A stretch of 36,512 nucleotides of DNA from Candidatus Woesearchaeota archaeon (GCA_964551115.1 CAZKBE010000004.1:1-36512); one strand, 5' to 3'. Positions 9,080-18,876 are shown, numbered from the stretch's first letter. The notes: generated by a model from the sequence alone, not told the origin. Translations and numbers: made by a program.

Positions 9080-9676
9080 TTATTTTGTAAGGTATTTTTT
9101 AAATAGATAGTAGGGTGTTCCAAATAGGATAATTCCTGGCAGAACTGCAATTCCTAGTGTTGGTGCTAGGGCGGATACGCCTATTGTTGAAAGTGTTCCA
9201 ATTCCAATACTTTCTAGTAATTGGTTTGCTTTAGAGACTTGTTCTTCTACTCCTTTTTGTAATGCATCGATCTGTACAGTTATCTTACCGTCCTTAAATA
9301 TTTTTATTTTCTTCTCTTCTTGAGATACTAATATTACTAGACTATCTTTGATTTTTGAAGCAGAATATGCTGCAGAATGTCTTGTCCCATACCCTTTCAG
9401 TGTATGTTTGGATTCTATTTTTGCACCATATTGGATTACAATTCCCGCTGGATCTATTATAACGGCTCCATCAATCATTGCAATCGAAAGAAGTAATTTT
9501 TGTGCACCTTTTTCAAATATGGAGAATTTTTCAATTTTTTGTTTTAGTAACTTACTATATTTACACTTATCTGAGACTATAAAAAGTGCTCCTTCATCTT
9601 TTTTTGCTATTTCTATTCCGGTCTTTATTAAAATTTCTTCTATTCTTTTAGTAAGTTGGTTAGTTTTATCTTTCAT
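9080..9676 (-). CDS. Diadenylate cyclase (DisA_N/DAC domain) with C-terminal hydrophobic anchor
   Basis: GALF, DGAVII, GTRHSAA, VSQE motifs of DAC domains; hydrophobic tail. Confidence 0.85.
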   Translation of the reverse strand: MKDKTNQLTKRIEEILIKTGIEIAKKDEGALFIVSDKCKYSKLLKQKIEKFSIFEKGAQKLLLSIAMIDGAVIIDPAGIVIQYGAKIESKHTLKGYGTRHSAAYSASKIKDSLVILVSQEEKKIKIFKDGKITVQIDALQKGVEEQVSKANQLLESIGIGTLSTIGVSALAPTLGIAVLPGIILFGTPYYLFKKYLTK

Positions 9677-9717
9677 AATTATTCCTAGGATCTTTTATTT
9701 AAAAATCTTGCTAAGAT

Positions 9718-10440
9718 CTAATCGTTTTCTACTCTTGGTGCTAGAATAAATGCTACGCCTAACTGATCCCCTGCAAATTCTAATTTTAGAGGGTAATTAT
9801 CCGAGAACTTTATTTTGACTTTATCTGAGATTTTTGAAGCCTTTACAAATTTCATTAAGTACTCTAGCGAGTATCTAGCTTTACCACTACCTTTTATGGA
9901 AATAACGTCTGAAGAAAACTCATTTTTTGCAGAATTAATGTTCCCTCTTGCTTCTATTATAAATTGATTTTCTTGTGATGTTAATGCGCAAGAATCAGCT
10001 ACAACAAAACAATCTTCTATTGTTTGAGTAAAATCTGTAGAATCCATTTCAATGTTACATGCAAAGTCCAAGTTGGGTTCATTTTTTTCTTCAGAATTTA
10101 TATCTATTAGGGATAATATGAATGTTCTTTTGGATTTATCTAGTATAGAGATTTTTAACTGATTGTCTTCTGATTCAAATACTACTGAAGAAGCGGTAGA
10201 TGTTCTTTTAAGAATTTTTTTAAAGTCTTCTAGATTTATTCCTAAGACTTCATTTGTAGATTCGTATTGTGAAAATGTTTGTTTAGGCATTTTAAATATA
10301 ACCATAGCTACATTTGCAGGGTCTACAGCTACTAACGAAAGGCCATCTTCTAAGAATTTTAATCTTACTTCGGTTACTAGTTCTGAAATGATGGACACTG
10401 CATCAATCAATCTTTTTGGGTTATCTAATTTTGTTAGCAT
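9718..10440 (-). CDS. pcn: DNA polymerase sliding clamp PCNA
   Basis: AVDPANVAMV, YSLEYL, DNYPLKLEF, FILAPRVE. Confidence 0.97.
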   Translation of the reverse strand: MLTKLDNPKRLIDAVSIISELVTEVRLKFLEDGLSLVAVDPANVAMVIFKMPKQTFSQYESTNEVLGINLEDFKKILKRTSTASSVVFESEDNQLKISILDKSKRTFILSLIDINSEEKNEPNLDFACNIEMDSTDFTQTIEDCFVVADSCALTSQENQFIIEARGNINSAKNEFSSDVISIKGSGKARYSLEYLMKFVKASKISDKVKIKFSDNYPLKLEFAGDQLGVAFILAPRVEND

Positions 10441-10461
10441 TTTGTTGTTTTTTATATATCC

Positions 10462-10526
10462 GTTTTAAACTCTTAGGTATTTATAAGTATTGTTGTGCTA
10501 ATCTCAGCTAAACAAATTTATTTAAA
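10462..10526. promoter_or_regulatory. Divergent TATA boxes for pcn (minus) and primase (plus)
   Basis: TTTAAAAC (minus, from 10469) and TATTTAAA (plus, from 10519), each 29 nt from its ATG. Confidence 0.55.
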
Positions 10527-10547
10527 GACCTTCTCTTTGTTTGACTC

Positions 10548-12044
10548 ATGGAAGAAAAGAAAGAAAGAAAAATAAATCTAATCGCCTTATCTTACTACTC
10601 TAGAAAAGATATTCAGGAAGAAATATTTAAGTTTTGTAATCATCGGGAGACTGTTCCAAATTTCAATATGGAGTTCTTTGGTAAACGGCCGGATGTTTTA
10701 GACTATCCTTCCGATCTTGTAAGCTTGGCAAAGAAGGGAGCTACCAGTTTTCATTGTTCTGAAGAAATTTGGACCGATCCTCTAAAGATAGATACAAATA
10801 TGACTCCTGGTCAATATAATGAGATTAGATCTGGATGGGACTTCCTTATTGATATTGATTCTAAATATTTAGATTATTCTAAGATTGCAGCAGATTTAAT
10901 TATAAAAGCTTTAAAATATAATGGAGTTAAAAATTTTGGAATAAAATTTTCGGGTTCTAAGGGATTCCATTTAATTGTTCCTTGGAGTTCTTTTCCAGAA
11001 GAGGTAAATGGTATCAAAACGCGGGAGATGTTTCCAGATTGGCCCAGGGCTATTGCAGGTTATATTGATTCATTAATTCAGGATAAATTAAATGAAGAAA
11101 TATTAAGAATGACCAAGCCCAATGAGAAAGTTGAATTTGAAATGATTTATACTCCTACAGGAGAAATTGCTATACAAGATAATATTACCGAATATGAATG
11201 TAGCCACTGTCATAGTCATATGGTTTCCATGGTTCCTGTAAAGTCTAAAAGAAAGATTATGAGATGTAATGTATGTAACTCTGCTATGTTGAAGGTTAAG
11301 GAAGAGCCGGCTTTCTTTGCAAATAACAAGGACAATTCGAAAAAGAGTCCTAAAAACTTTGAAAAAAAATTGAAAACTTCTTCTTTGATCGATTCCGTAG
11401 ATATCATTCTTGTGGCACCGAGACATTTATTCCGAGCCCCCTATTCCTTACATGAAAAAACCGCTCTTTGTTCGGCTGTTTTGATTCCTGAAGAGATTAA
11501 GGATTTTGTTCCTTCGGATGCAGACCCTTTGAAAATAAAAATAAGATCTTTTTATCCTCTTTCGGAAAAGGAAGAAGCTAGAAAACTCCTTTTGAATTCT
11601 TTAGACTGGGTTGAAAAAAAACAAGAAAAAACTAAAAAATATGATGGGGGCGAGATAGACTTATCCGGTGTTAAAATTACAGATAATATGTTTCCTCCAA
11701 CTATTTTAAAAATTCTTGATGGAATAAAATCGGATGGTCGTAAAAGGGCTTTAGGCATTCTTGTTTCTTTCTTTTCTTTTTTGAATTTACCTAAAGATTA
11801 TATTGAGGAAAAAATTGACACTTGGAATAAGAAAAATTATGTACCTTTAAAGGAGGGTTACATTAGAGCTCAAATTGAGTGGGCATTAAAAAATAAACGG
11901 TTGCCACCAAATTATGATAAACCTGTCTATAAGGAATTAGGTATTCTACTTAAAACTGAAGGTTTTAAAAACCCTATTAATTTTACAGTTAGAGAGGTAT
12001 TTAAGCAAAAATCAAAATTAATCAAAGGAAAGATTAATAAATGA
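10548..12044 (+). CDS. priSL: Fused PriS-PriL (DPANN-type) DNA primase with Zn-ribbon-like insert
   Basis: WDFLIDID, FSGSKGFH, RHLFRAPYSLH catalytic motifs plus C-terminal PP.I..IL..DGRKRAL large-subunit-like domain in one ORF. Confidence 0.9.
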   Translation: MEEKKERKINLIALSYYSRKDIQEEIFKFCNHRETVPNFNMEFFGKRPDVLDYPSDLVSLAKKGATSFHCSEEIWTDPLKIDTNMTPGQYNEIRSGWDFLIDIDSKYLDYSKIAADLIIKALKYNGVKNFGIKFSGSKGFHLIVPWSSFPEEVNGIKTREMFPDWPRAIAGYIDSLIQDKLNEEILRMTKPNEKVEFEMIYTPTGEIAIQDNITEYECSHCHSHMVSMVPVKSKRKIMRCNVCNSAMLKVKEEPAFFANNKDNSKKSPKNFEKKLKTSSLIDSVDIILVAPRHLFRAPYSLHEKTALCSAVLIPEEIKDFVPSDADPLKIKIRSFYPLSEKEEARKLLLNSLDWVEKKQEKTKKYDGGEIDLSGVKITDNMFPPTILKILDGIKSDGRKRALGILVSFFSFLNLPKDYIEEKIDTWNKKNYVPLKEGYIRAQIEWALKNKRLPPNYDKPVYKELGILLKTEGFKNPINFTVREVFKQKSKLIKGKINK

Positions 12045-12062
12045 TCAAATCATATAAAATCG

Positions 12063-14063
12063 ATGGAGAAAAAAAAGAGCATTAATAACTTAGGTTTATT
12101 GATTGTATTTCTATTTAGTTTAGTTGTAATTTCTTCTTCTGCACTTGCTGAAAATTGTACTAGTTTTACTTATTCTGAATGGGGGGCTTGTAGTTCGGGT
12201 GTTCAAACAAGGTCTGTAATTAATTCAACTCCTTCTGGTTGTACCGGTGGCAATTTTATTTTAAATCAGTCTTGTAGTTCTTTAGCTGTTGCAAATTTGA
12301 CTAACGTGGATAGGGCATTTTCCTGTTTGGTTGGTGAATTGAAATCTGATTGTTCTGGGGCTAAAACGGTTCAAGAATTGGCTTTTTCTATTCTTGCTTC
12401 TCCAAACAATACTGGTGCATGTGTAAATGAACTTTTAAAGAAGAATAAATCTGAAGGTTGTTTTGGAGATAATAATAATTGTGGTATAAAAGAAACTGCT
12501 TGGGCTATTTTGGCTTTGGATCATGTAGGTAAAAATACCACCAAGTCGGCAGATTGGTTAAAAAGCCAAAATAAAAGTTCTAGTGATGTTGAATGGTTTT
12601 TACAACAGGATTCGGTTGGAGATACTACTTGCAAATTGACTTACAATGGTGGAGATTATAGTTTAATTGCTAAAGAAAATAAAAAACTTAGTGGGAATAT
12701 TGGGAATTGTTTTAGTTTTGCTCAGTCTGACTATTGGCTTAGATTAAGTGAAAATTGTTTCGATACTGAGTTTGTTTTGAGTTGCGATAAGGAATTTTTT
12801 TCCGGATGGCACTATAAAAGTTTTAATTCTCCTATTTTAAATGTTTTATCTGAAACTGCCAAGACTGCCGCGAATCAACCTGTGAAGTTAAGAGTCAATT
12901 CGAAATGTTTTGGATCGAGTACTGGTTGTAATTTTGAGGATACTGCCTGGGCAGCATTAGCCCTAAAGAATCTTGGATTAGACATTAAACCTTATGTTCC
13001 TTATTTAATTTCTGCAGAAGATTCTAATTTGATGTATCTCCCAGCAGCATTAAACTACTTGGTATTGGATTGGTCTACATTATATGGTACTAAACTAATT
13101 CAACAACAAAAAAGTGAGACCTTTTGGGAAGCTCCAAATACAGTTTATGGGGAAGTTTATGACACGGCATTAGCTTTACTTGCTTTTGGAAAGCAGAATA
13201 ATCAAAAACAAATAACTAATGCAAGAGATTGGCTATGGAATACAAAACAAGATGCCCTTGGTTGTTGGAATTCTAGAAATATTAGAGATACTGCTTTTGT
13301 TTTATGGGCACTTGAGCAGAGAACTGCTCAGACTGATTCAAATATTGTAATTACTCCTGCTACTACCTGTGCTCAAGGAAATTATTTTTGCGACTCTCAA
13401 TCTGCATGTAGTGCAGTTGGAGGAGAAACATTAAGAAATTATGCATGTAGTGGATTTTCTCAGGTTTGTTGTAGTAAGAATACCTTACAGAGTTGTTCTA
13501 ATCTATTAGGTGAAATATGTTCTAGTGGCAAAGATTGTTCAAGCACATCCAGAATTTCCTTGGAAGGTGATTGTTGTTTGGGTGAGTGTATTGATCCGGT
13601 TATTACCACCAATGCTTGTGAGGAAGAGGATTCAACTTATACTTGTAGGAGTAGTTGTTTAGCTAGTCAAGAAGAAGTCTCTTATTCTTGTGGTTCTGGT
13701 TCAGAGGTTTGTTGTGCGAGAAAACCTGAGGAACCTAGTAGCGGGATTCCTCTTTGGATCTGGTTTTTGATTGGAATTTTAATCCTTCTAATTGTTTTAG
13801 CAATAGTATTCAGAGATAGGATAAAAGTTTATATTTATAAGAAAAAAGGTGGCGAGTCATCTAATGCTTCTATTCAGAGGCCTCCATTTAGTCCTAGTTC
13901 CTCAAGACCTGGATTTCCTCCCTTAACCCGTCCTGTTTCTATGGCTGGAAGACCTATGCCCTCATCTAGGAGACCTATGCCTCCCCAGGGTAGTGGAGTA
14001 AGGCCAGCAGGTAATCCTTCTGCACAGAATACATTGGATAGATTAAAACAGATGAGCAAGTAA
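12063..14063 (+). CDS. Cys-rich surface membrane protein with TSP1-like motif, alpha/alpha-toroid-like repeats, TM and Pro-rich tail
   Basis: Signal peptide; YSEWGACSSGVQTR; four (E/D)TA..(I/L/A)LA(L/F)-type helices; CC-containing repeats; TM WIWFLIGILILLIVLAIVF. Confidence 0.8.
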   Translation: MEKKKSINNLGLLIVFLFSLVVISSSALAENCTSFTYSEWGACSSGVQTRSVINSTPSGCTGGNFILNQSCSSLAVANLTNVDRAFSCLVGELKSDCSGAKTVQELAFSILASPNNTGACVNELLKKNKSEGCFGDNNNCGIKETAWAILALDHVGKNTTKSADWLKSQNKSSSDVEWFLQQDSVGDTTCKLTYNGGDYSLIAKENKKLSGNIGNCFSFAQSDYWLRLSENCFDTEFVLSCDKEFFSGWHYKSFNSPILNVLSETAKTAANQPVKLRVNSKCFGSSTGCNFEDTAWAALALKNLGLDIKPYVPYLISAEDSNLMYLPAALNYLVLDWSTLYGTKLIQQQKSETFWEAPNTVYGEVYDTALALLAFGKQNNQKQITNARDWLWNTKQDALGCWNSRNIRDTAFVLWALEQRTAQTDSNIVITPATTCAQGNYFCDSQSACSAVGGETLRNYACSGFSQVCCSKNTLQSCSNLLGEICSSGKDCSSTSRISLEGDCCLGECIDPVITTNACEEEDSTYTCRSSCLASQEEVSYSCGSGSEVCCARKPEEPSSGIPLWIWFLIGILILLIVLAIVFRDRIKVYIYKKKGGESSNASIQRPPFSPSSSRPGFPPLTRPVSMAGRPMPSSRRPMPPQGSGVRPAGNPSAQNTLDRLKQMSK

Positions 14064-14105
14064 GTTTATCCATAGATTTATTAAACTTGTATTTCTATTA
14101 TTTTG

Positions 14106-15344
14106 ATGGGATTAAAGTGGTTGATACTTATCTTTTTAATGGTTTCATTTAGCTTTGCTAGTTCTACTACTTTACTTTTGGAAGAATTAAACGAGGAGTT
14201 ACAAGCCGGAGAGACTTTTGTTGCACAATTAGAATTGGATTTAAAGACTAATTTGAATAAAGATAATTTTAAAATTTTTGAAGATCGAAGAGAGGTATTT
14301 TTTGAAAAAGATGTTTTTAGTTCTAATAATTTAACTTTTTTTTATGTAATATTTCCTAAATTTGGCAATTTTAGTTTGGTTGTTGATAGTTTTTTGTTTT
14401 ACTCTAATAATACCTTAGTTGAAGGTTCTATAAATCATACTGTTGAGATCCGGTCTGCAACAGGGCCAGTTTTAACTTTACGGCCAGGTATAGTTTTTGG
14501 GTCAAATTTATCTATTTTTTTAACTAATATGGGTCTAGAAAATTTAAGTGTTAGATTTCAGGGAAATAGTAGCGAGGTTAAATCGCAAGAATCTATACGA
14601 AGATCTATCAAACCAGAAGAGGAGTTCTTTTACTTAGAGGTTTCTAGCTATCGGGAGTTCTCTATCCCGGTTATTTATCTAAATTATACTAATCAAACTT
14701 CTTCTGATTTAAATTATTCTAATGTAAACCTAACAAATCATACTAATCTTTCTTTATCCGAAATGTATAAAGATTCTTTTAATGTATCTAGATTATCTAT
14801 TGAGGCCAATCTCACAAAAAATCAAACCTTTTCGTTTAACATCCCTCTTGTTAACTTATTAAATGGCTCTATCAATATTAATATTTCTTCAAATTTAAAG
14901 AAAATAAATTTTAATAAGACATTTGAACTTGAACCCTCTGAGGTGAAGGAGTTTAATTTTCATTTTTTATCGGATAATGAAGGAGTGTTTAGCGGAAATT
15001 TAACTTTTTCATTTAATAAAACTTCTTTAAATGTTCCTTTAGTTTTTTATGTCTTAGAAGATGAAGAGTCTTTTGGGGATTTTTATCAGTCTTCTAATTC
15101 AAACAATAGTTGTGTAGATTTGGGGGGAGAGATTTGTGAAGATAATTGGGAATGTGTTGGGGGCAATATTCGCTTTTTGGGCGGATGGTGCTGTGTGGGT
15201 GGAAATTGTGTAAGCCCTGAAGAGTTATACCCTTCACCAAAGAAGAATTACGTTATAAGTATTTTAGCTATCCTTGCGGTAGGGGTGGCTGGTTATTTTA
15301 TATATAAGAAATTTAAGGAAGTTAAGGTAAGCCCTAAGTTTTAG
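14106..15344 (+). CDS. Surface glycoprotein-like membrane protein
   Basis: Signal peptide, many N-x-S/T sequons, juxtamembrane Cys module, C-terminal TM plus basic tail; ATG 14106 lies 29 nt after the TATA at 14077. Confidence 0.8.
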   Translation: MGLKWLILIFLMVSFSFASSTTLLLEELNEELQAGETFVAQLELDLKTNLNKDNFKIFEDRREVFFEKDVFSSNNLTFFYVIFPKFGNFSLVVDSFLFYSNNTLVEGSINHTVEIRSATGPVLTLRPGIVFGSNLSIFLTNMGLENLSVRFQGNSSEVKSQESIRRSIKPEEEFFYLEVSSYREFSIPVIYLNYTNQTSSDLNYSNVNLTNHTNLSLSEMYKDSFNVSRLSIEANLTKNQTFSFNIPLVNLLNGSININISSNLKKINFNKTFELEPSEVKEFNFHFLSDNEGVFSGNLTFSFNKTSLNVPLVFYVLEDEESFGDFYQSSNSNNSCVDLGGEICEDNWECVGGNIRFLGGWCCVGGNCVSPEELYPSPKKNYVISILAILAVGVAGYFIYKKFKEVKVSPKF

Positions 15345-15828
15345 TTTTCTTTTTTGTTTTCTTAGCTAATTTTTTTGGTTTCTCTTTTTCTTCAACTACT
15401 TGCTTTGATTGAGTTTGGATTGCATTTAATTTTTCAGAGAGTTGTTTTATCTTAAATTGTGCGATTTTTGCAATTTCGTCATATCGGTGTAATCTGCCAG
15501 CTAAATTATTTATTAGCATTGTTGCTTCTTGTGAGTCTAATTCTACTCTTCCAGGTTCAATTATTTCTATAGATGAGGGCATAAAATCAAATACTAGGTC
15601 CATTAATCTTTGTAGTGTAGAGATTCTAAATTCAATCTCTGCAAAACAAACATAAGCTTCTTCTTGATGTTCTATTCTCTTTGGTTCGGATAGACTTTTA
15701 GATATCACTTCAACATCGGGCATTTGGTCTAGTCTCAGTAAGTGTGTTTCTAATCCTTCTTTGACATATCCTGCGGGTCTTCCGGCTACTTCTACAATCA
15801 TTATTGCTTGTATTTTTTTATCTGCCAT
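15334..15828 (-). CDS. Conserved-looking archaeal hypothetical protein
   Basis: IVEVAGRP and FDFMPSSIEIIEP motifs, coiled-coil and Lys-rich tail; function unknown. Confidence 0.75.
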   Translation of the reverse strand: MADKKIQAIMIVEVAGRPAGYVKEGLETHLLRLDQMPDVEVISKSLSEPKRIEHQEEAYVCFAEIEFRISTLQRLMDLVFDFMPSSIEIIEPGRVELDSQEATMLINNLAGRLHRYDEIAKIAQFKIKQLSEKLNAIQTQSKQVVEEKEKPKKLAKKTKKKTKT

Positions 15829-16073
15829 ATTATATTGTAAGAAAAGTAGTACGAATTAATATATCTAAAATGCATCTATTGCATTTTCTTTATTTCGTAG
15901 ATAACTTTTCTATCCATCTTTCTATTTTCCTTTGTTTATTTAGCTTTATAATGTTTTCTGTTATTTTTAGTTACATATAAATTTAGTTTTTTTTAATAGG
16001 GTGCAGTTTAGTTTCTACCACTCTGTGTATTTTCTATTATATTATTTACTTGAAACTTTATCTTAAGTATTTT

Positions 16074-16460
16074 TTAATCAAAGAATTGCGAAAACCTTTT
16101 ACCTATTTCTTTAGCTGTTTTTAAACTAATTACTAGACTTTTACCAGCATCTTCTAATTGGCTTGGGGAGATAAAGAACCATCCTTCACGATTATATCTT
16201 ATGGCTATTACGGGTGTTAATTCAAATATTTCTGAGAATATCAAAAAGTTCTCTACCTGCTCTTTAGAAATATATTTATTTGGGCTCTTTGTTGATTTTG
16301 CTTCGATAGCATATTTTTTACCAATTTTACCTGCTAATAGGTCACAATCAGCATTCTCCATTGTACCAGAACCTGCCACTCTAACGGCTCTATAGTTATT
16401 ATCTATAAACATCTTGAATAATTCTCTTTCAGCTTTAGAACCTTTTGATTTGTTTGACAT
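16074..16460 (-). CDS. hjc: Holliday junction resolvase Hjc
   Basis: KG..AEREL, RVAGSG, DLLA, IEAKST PD-(D/E)xK motifs. Confidence 0.93.
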   Translation of the reverse strand: MSNKSKGSKAERELFKMFIDNNYRAVRVAGSGTMENADCDLLAGKIGKKYAIEAKSTKSPNKYISKEQVENFLIFSEIFELTPVIAIRYNREGWFFISPSQLEDAGKSLVISLKTAKEIGKRFSQFFD

Positions 16461-16515
16461 TTTCTCTTTTATTATTTATTTATTTATGGAACCTATTTAA
16501 GTTTTTCTAGCCTTT

Positions 16516-18855
16516 TTAGAATAATTTTTCTTGTCTTGTCTTTGAAAAAACCCTTTCAGGTTCTATTTCTAATGTTTCTAGTATTGTTTTTGCAATCGGT
16601 TGAATTTGCTTTTCTATATAGTGATCATAGTCCAACTTATTTTTTAGTTTTTGCAGTGGTTCAGGTCCTTCCAAGGTTATATAATATTCTATTATGTTTC
16701 CATCTAAACTGTCTAATTTTCTTGCAGCCTTAACATGAGGAGGTGTTGTTTTAGTGTATTCTTTTAATTCTTTTCTTATTGATTTTCTATAGATCAATTT
16801 TTTATCTAATTCTCCTTTTTTGACAGATTCTATAAAATCTCTTATAAATTTGATTATATCTTCTTTTTTGAAAACTTTCATTAAGAGTTCTTTTTGAAAA
16901 TCTTGTGCGGCTTCTGTCCAATCTCCTCTAATCGCTTCTAATCCTACAATGTTTAGTATTTCTTCTCCATTTTTTTCAATTAGGCCTGCATATCGTTTCT
17001 TTGCACCGGCATCATTCTCTATATCTCTTGTTCGGGGTATGATTAGGGATAGATATAACTTATCAAATTCTAATTCTAAAAATGACTTCCTATTGAAATC
17101 TTTTTTAACATATTTCTCGTAAAATTTGTTTATTTCTATTGGTAGTCCTCTGCCCAGCAATTCCGCCTTTTCTTTAGATAATCCCGTCGATATAAAAATG
17201 GAATCCGTATCGCCATAGATTACTTCCAATTTTTCTTCTTTTATTTTTTTAGAAGTTAATTTAATTATTTCTTGTCCGAAATTAGTTATGGCATTTCCAA
17301 TTTTTAGATCAAAATATCTAGAATTTGGACTTGCTAAAACTCCAAAGAAACTATTCATAATAATTTTGATTGCATAGCTTGATAGTTCTCTTTTCTCTAG
17401 TTTTGCTTTCTCTCTAGCCTGATGCAACTCTTCGATTATCTCTGGGAGAATTCCCTCTTGATTTTTGAAGTATGCTTTGTTTGGCGAAGTTATACATCCT
17501 TTTTCTGATTTTTCAATAAAACTTGCCGGGTCAATATTAAATGTTTTTATTATTGAAGGGTATAGTGATTTAAAATCTAAAACTAAAACATTGTGGTATA
17601 TTCCTGGTTTAGGAGTCATGACAAATCCTCCTTTGATTTTTTCTGATTTATTCTTAAAGAAGTTGGATCCAGAAACAAGATTTCTTTTTCTTGCTTTTCT
17701 TATATAAAGTGAGTCAAAACTAGCTATTGAAGCAGTTAGTCTATCCAATTGCATTCCAGTTAAACTAGCTCTTTCCATGGAGAGTTCTATTATTTTTGTC
17801 TTTTTTAGGATGTCATAAACTAATTTACAGTCTTGAAGATTATATTCTGCAAGCTTTTGTTGCTCTTTCGAATTTCCTCTGTATAGTTTTTCTATCTCCT
17901 CATGTCTTTGTTTTCCGGTAATTAATTTACTTTCTTTTAAGATTTGCTGTGCTACTCTTTCGAGTGTGTAGGATTCAAATCTAATATTTTTAATCGAAGG
18001 AGCTTCTTTTATAAATGGGTCTCTTATTAGGTTTAAACCATCTAAAACTAATCTTCCAGGAATATCCATTGTGGATTTTTTAAGGAAATCTTTTTCCAAT
18101 TTTATTCTTGGTTCCTTATTGTTTCTCCCTATATCAAAAAGAATGTTGTTTTCTTTGAAGAGTCTTTTTAGATATTCAAAGTCAAAGTTTATTACATTCC
18201 ATCCGGTAATAATATCTGGGTCTAATTCATTTATATACTCTTTAAACATTTCTAGACAATCTCTTTCGTTTTTACAGTCCGTTACGCCAGGTATTTTATT
18301 TTTTGTGATCATAAAGACTTTTTTATCATTTTCACTATATACTCCAATACAAAATAATTTCTTACTGTCTTTACTAGATTCTATGTCTATGGAAGCAATC
18401 TTTAATTTTGCTGTACCTGTACAGGCCGTTATCTTTGGATTTAGATAAAAAATACCAATCTTTTCTTTATTTTCAGAATCTCCTTCTATTTCTATATAGT
18501 CTTTTATCTCGTTGTCTATTATAAACCTAGTCGTTGGTTTTAAATCTTGTTCATAGGTGGGGATTTTGAATTCATTTATTTCTTTTGCGAATTCTAGCAG
18601 GTGTTTTTGATTTTTGAATATCAGTTTTATAACCCTTTTATCTTGGAATGTACTAAGTTTTGTTTTTTCAATTAAAACTTCTTTATTTGGGTCTATTTTA
18701 TCTATTATTTTTTTGTCTTCTTCTTGTATAAAAAAGTAGGGATAGAACTCATTCATGGTAGCGAAGCTTTTCCCATTTTCTTGCCTACCATATAACACAA
18801 TATATCCTTTTTCTTGAATTTCCTCGTAGCTTCTATAAACAATAAACCCTTTCAT
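16516..18855 (-). CDS. polB: Family B DNA polymerase, DNA polymerase II-like
   Basis: Exo motifs DIE, GWN..FD, YN..D; Pol motifs DFKSLYPSII, KIIMNSFFG, YGDTDS, KKRY. Confidence 0.96.
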   Translation of the reverse strand: MKGFIVYRSYEEIQEKGYIVLYGRQENGKSFATMNEFYPYFFIQEEDKKIIDKIDPNKEVLIEKTKLSTFQDKRVIKLIFKNQKHLLEFAKEINEFKIPTYEQDLKPTTRFIIDNEIKDYIEIEGDSENKEKIGIFYLNPKITACTGTAKLKIASIDIESSKDSKKLFCIGVYSENDKKVFMITKNKIPGVTDCKNERDCLEMFKEYINELDPDIITGWNVINFDFEYLKRLFKENNILFDIGRNNKEPRIKLEKDFLKKSTMDIPGRLVLDGLNLIRDPFIKEAPSIKNIRFESYTLERVAQQILKESKLITGKQRHEEIEKLYRGNSKEQQKLAEYNLQDCKLVYDILKKTKIIELSMERASLTGMQLDRLTASIASFDSLYIRKARKRNLVSGSNFFKNKSEKIKGGFVMTPKPGIYHNVLVLDFKSLYPSIIKTFNIDPASFIEKSEKGCITSPNKAYFKNQEGILPEIIEELHQAREKAKLEKRELSSYAIKIIMNSFFGVLASPNSRYFDLKIGNAITNFGQEIIKLTSKKIKEEKLEVIYGDTDSIFISTGLSKEKAELLGRGLPIEINKFYEKYVKKDFNRKSFLELEFDKLYLSLIIPRTRDIENDAGAKKRYAGLIEKNGEEILNIVGLEAIRGDWTEAAQDFQKELLMKVFKKEDIIKFIRDFIESVKKGELDKKLIYRKSIRKELKEYTKTTPPHVKAARKLDSLDGNIIEYYITLEGPEPLQKLKNKLDYDHYIEKQIQPIAKTILETLEIEPERVFSKTRQEKLF

Positions 18856-18876
18856 GGGTTTGTTAGTCTGTCTTTA

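Noticed and set aside
12300-13320. Alpha-2-macroglobulin thioester or squalene cyclase activity
   Set aside because: No CGEQ thioester or DxDD motif; only the helical repeat pattern is present
16471-16487. Short (TTTA)n run upstream of hjc
   Set aside because: Too short to be meaningful in such AT-rich DNA
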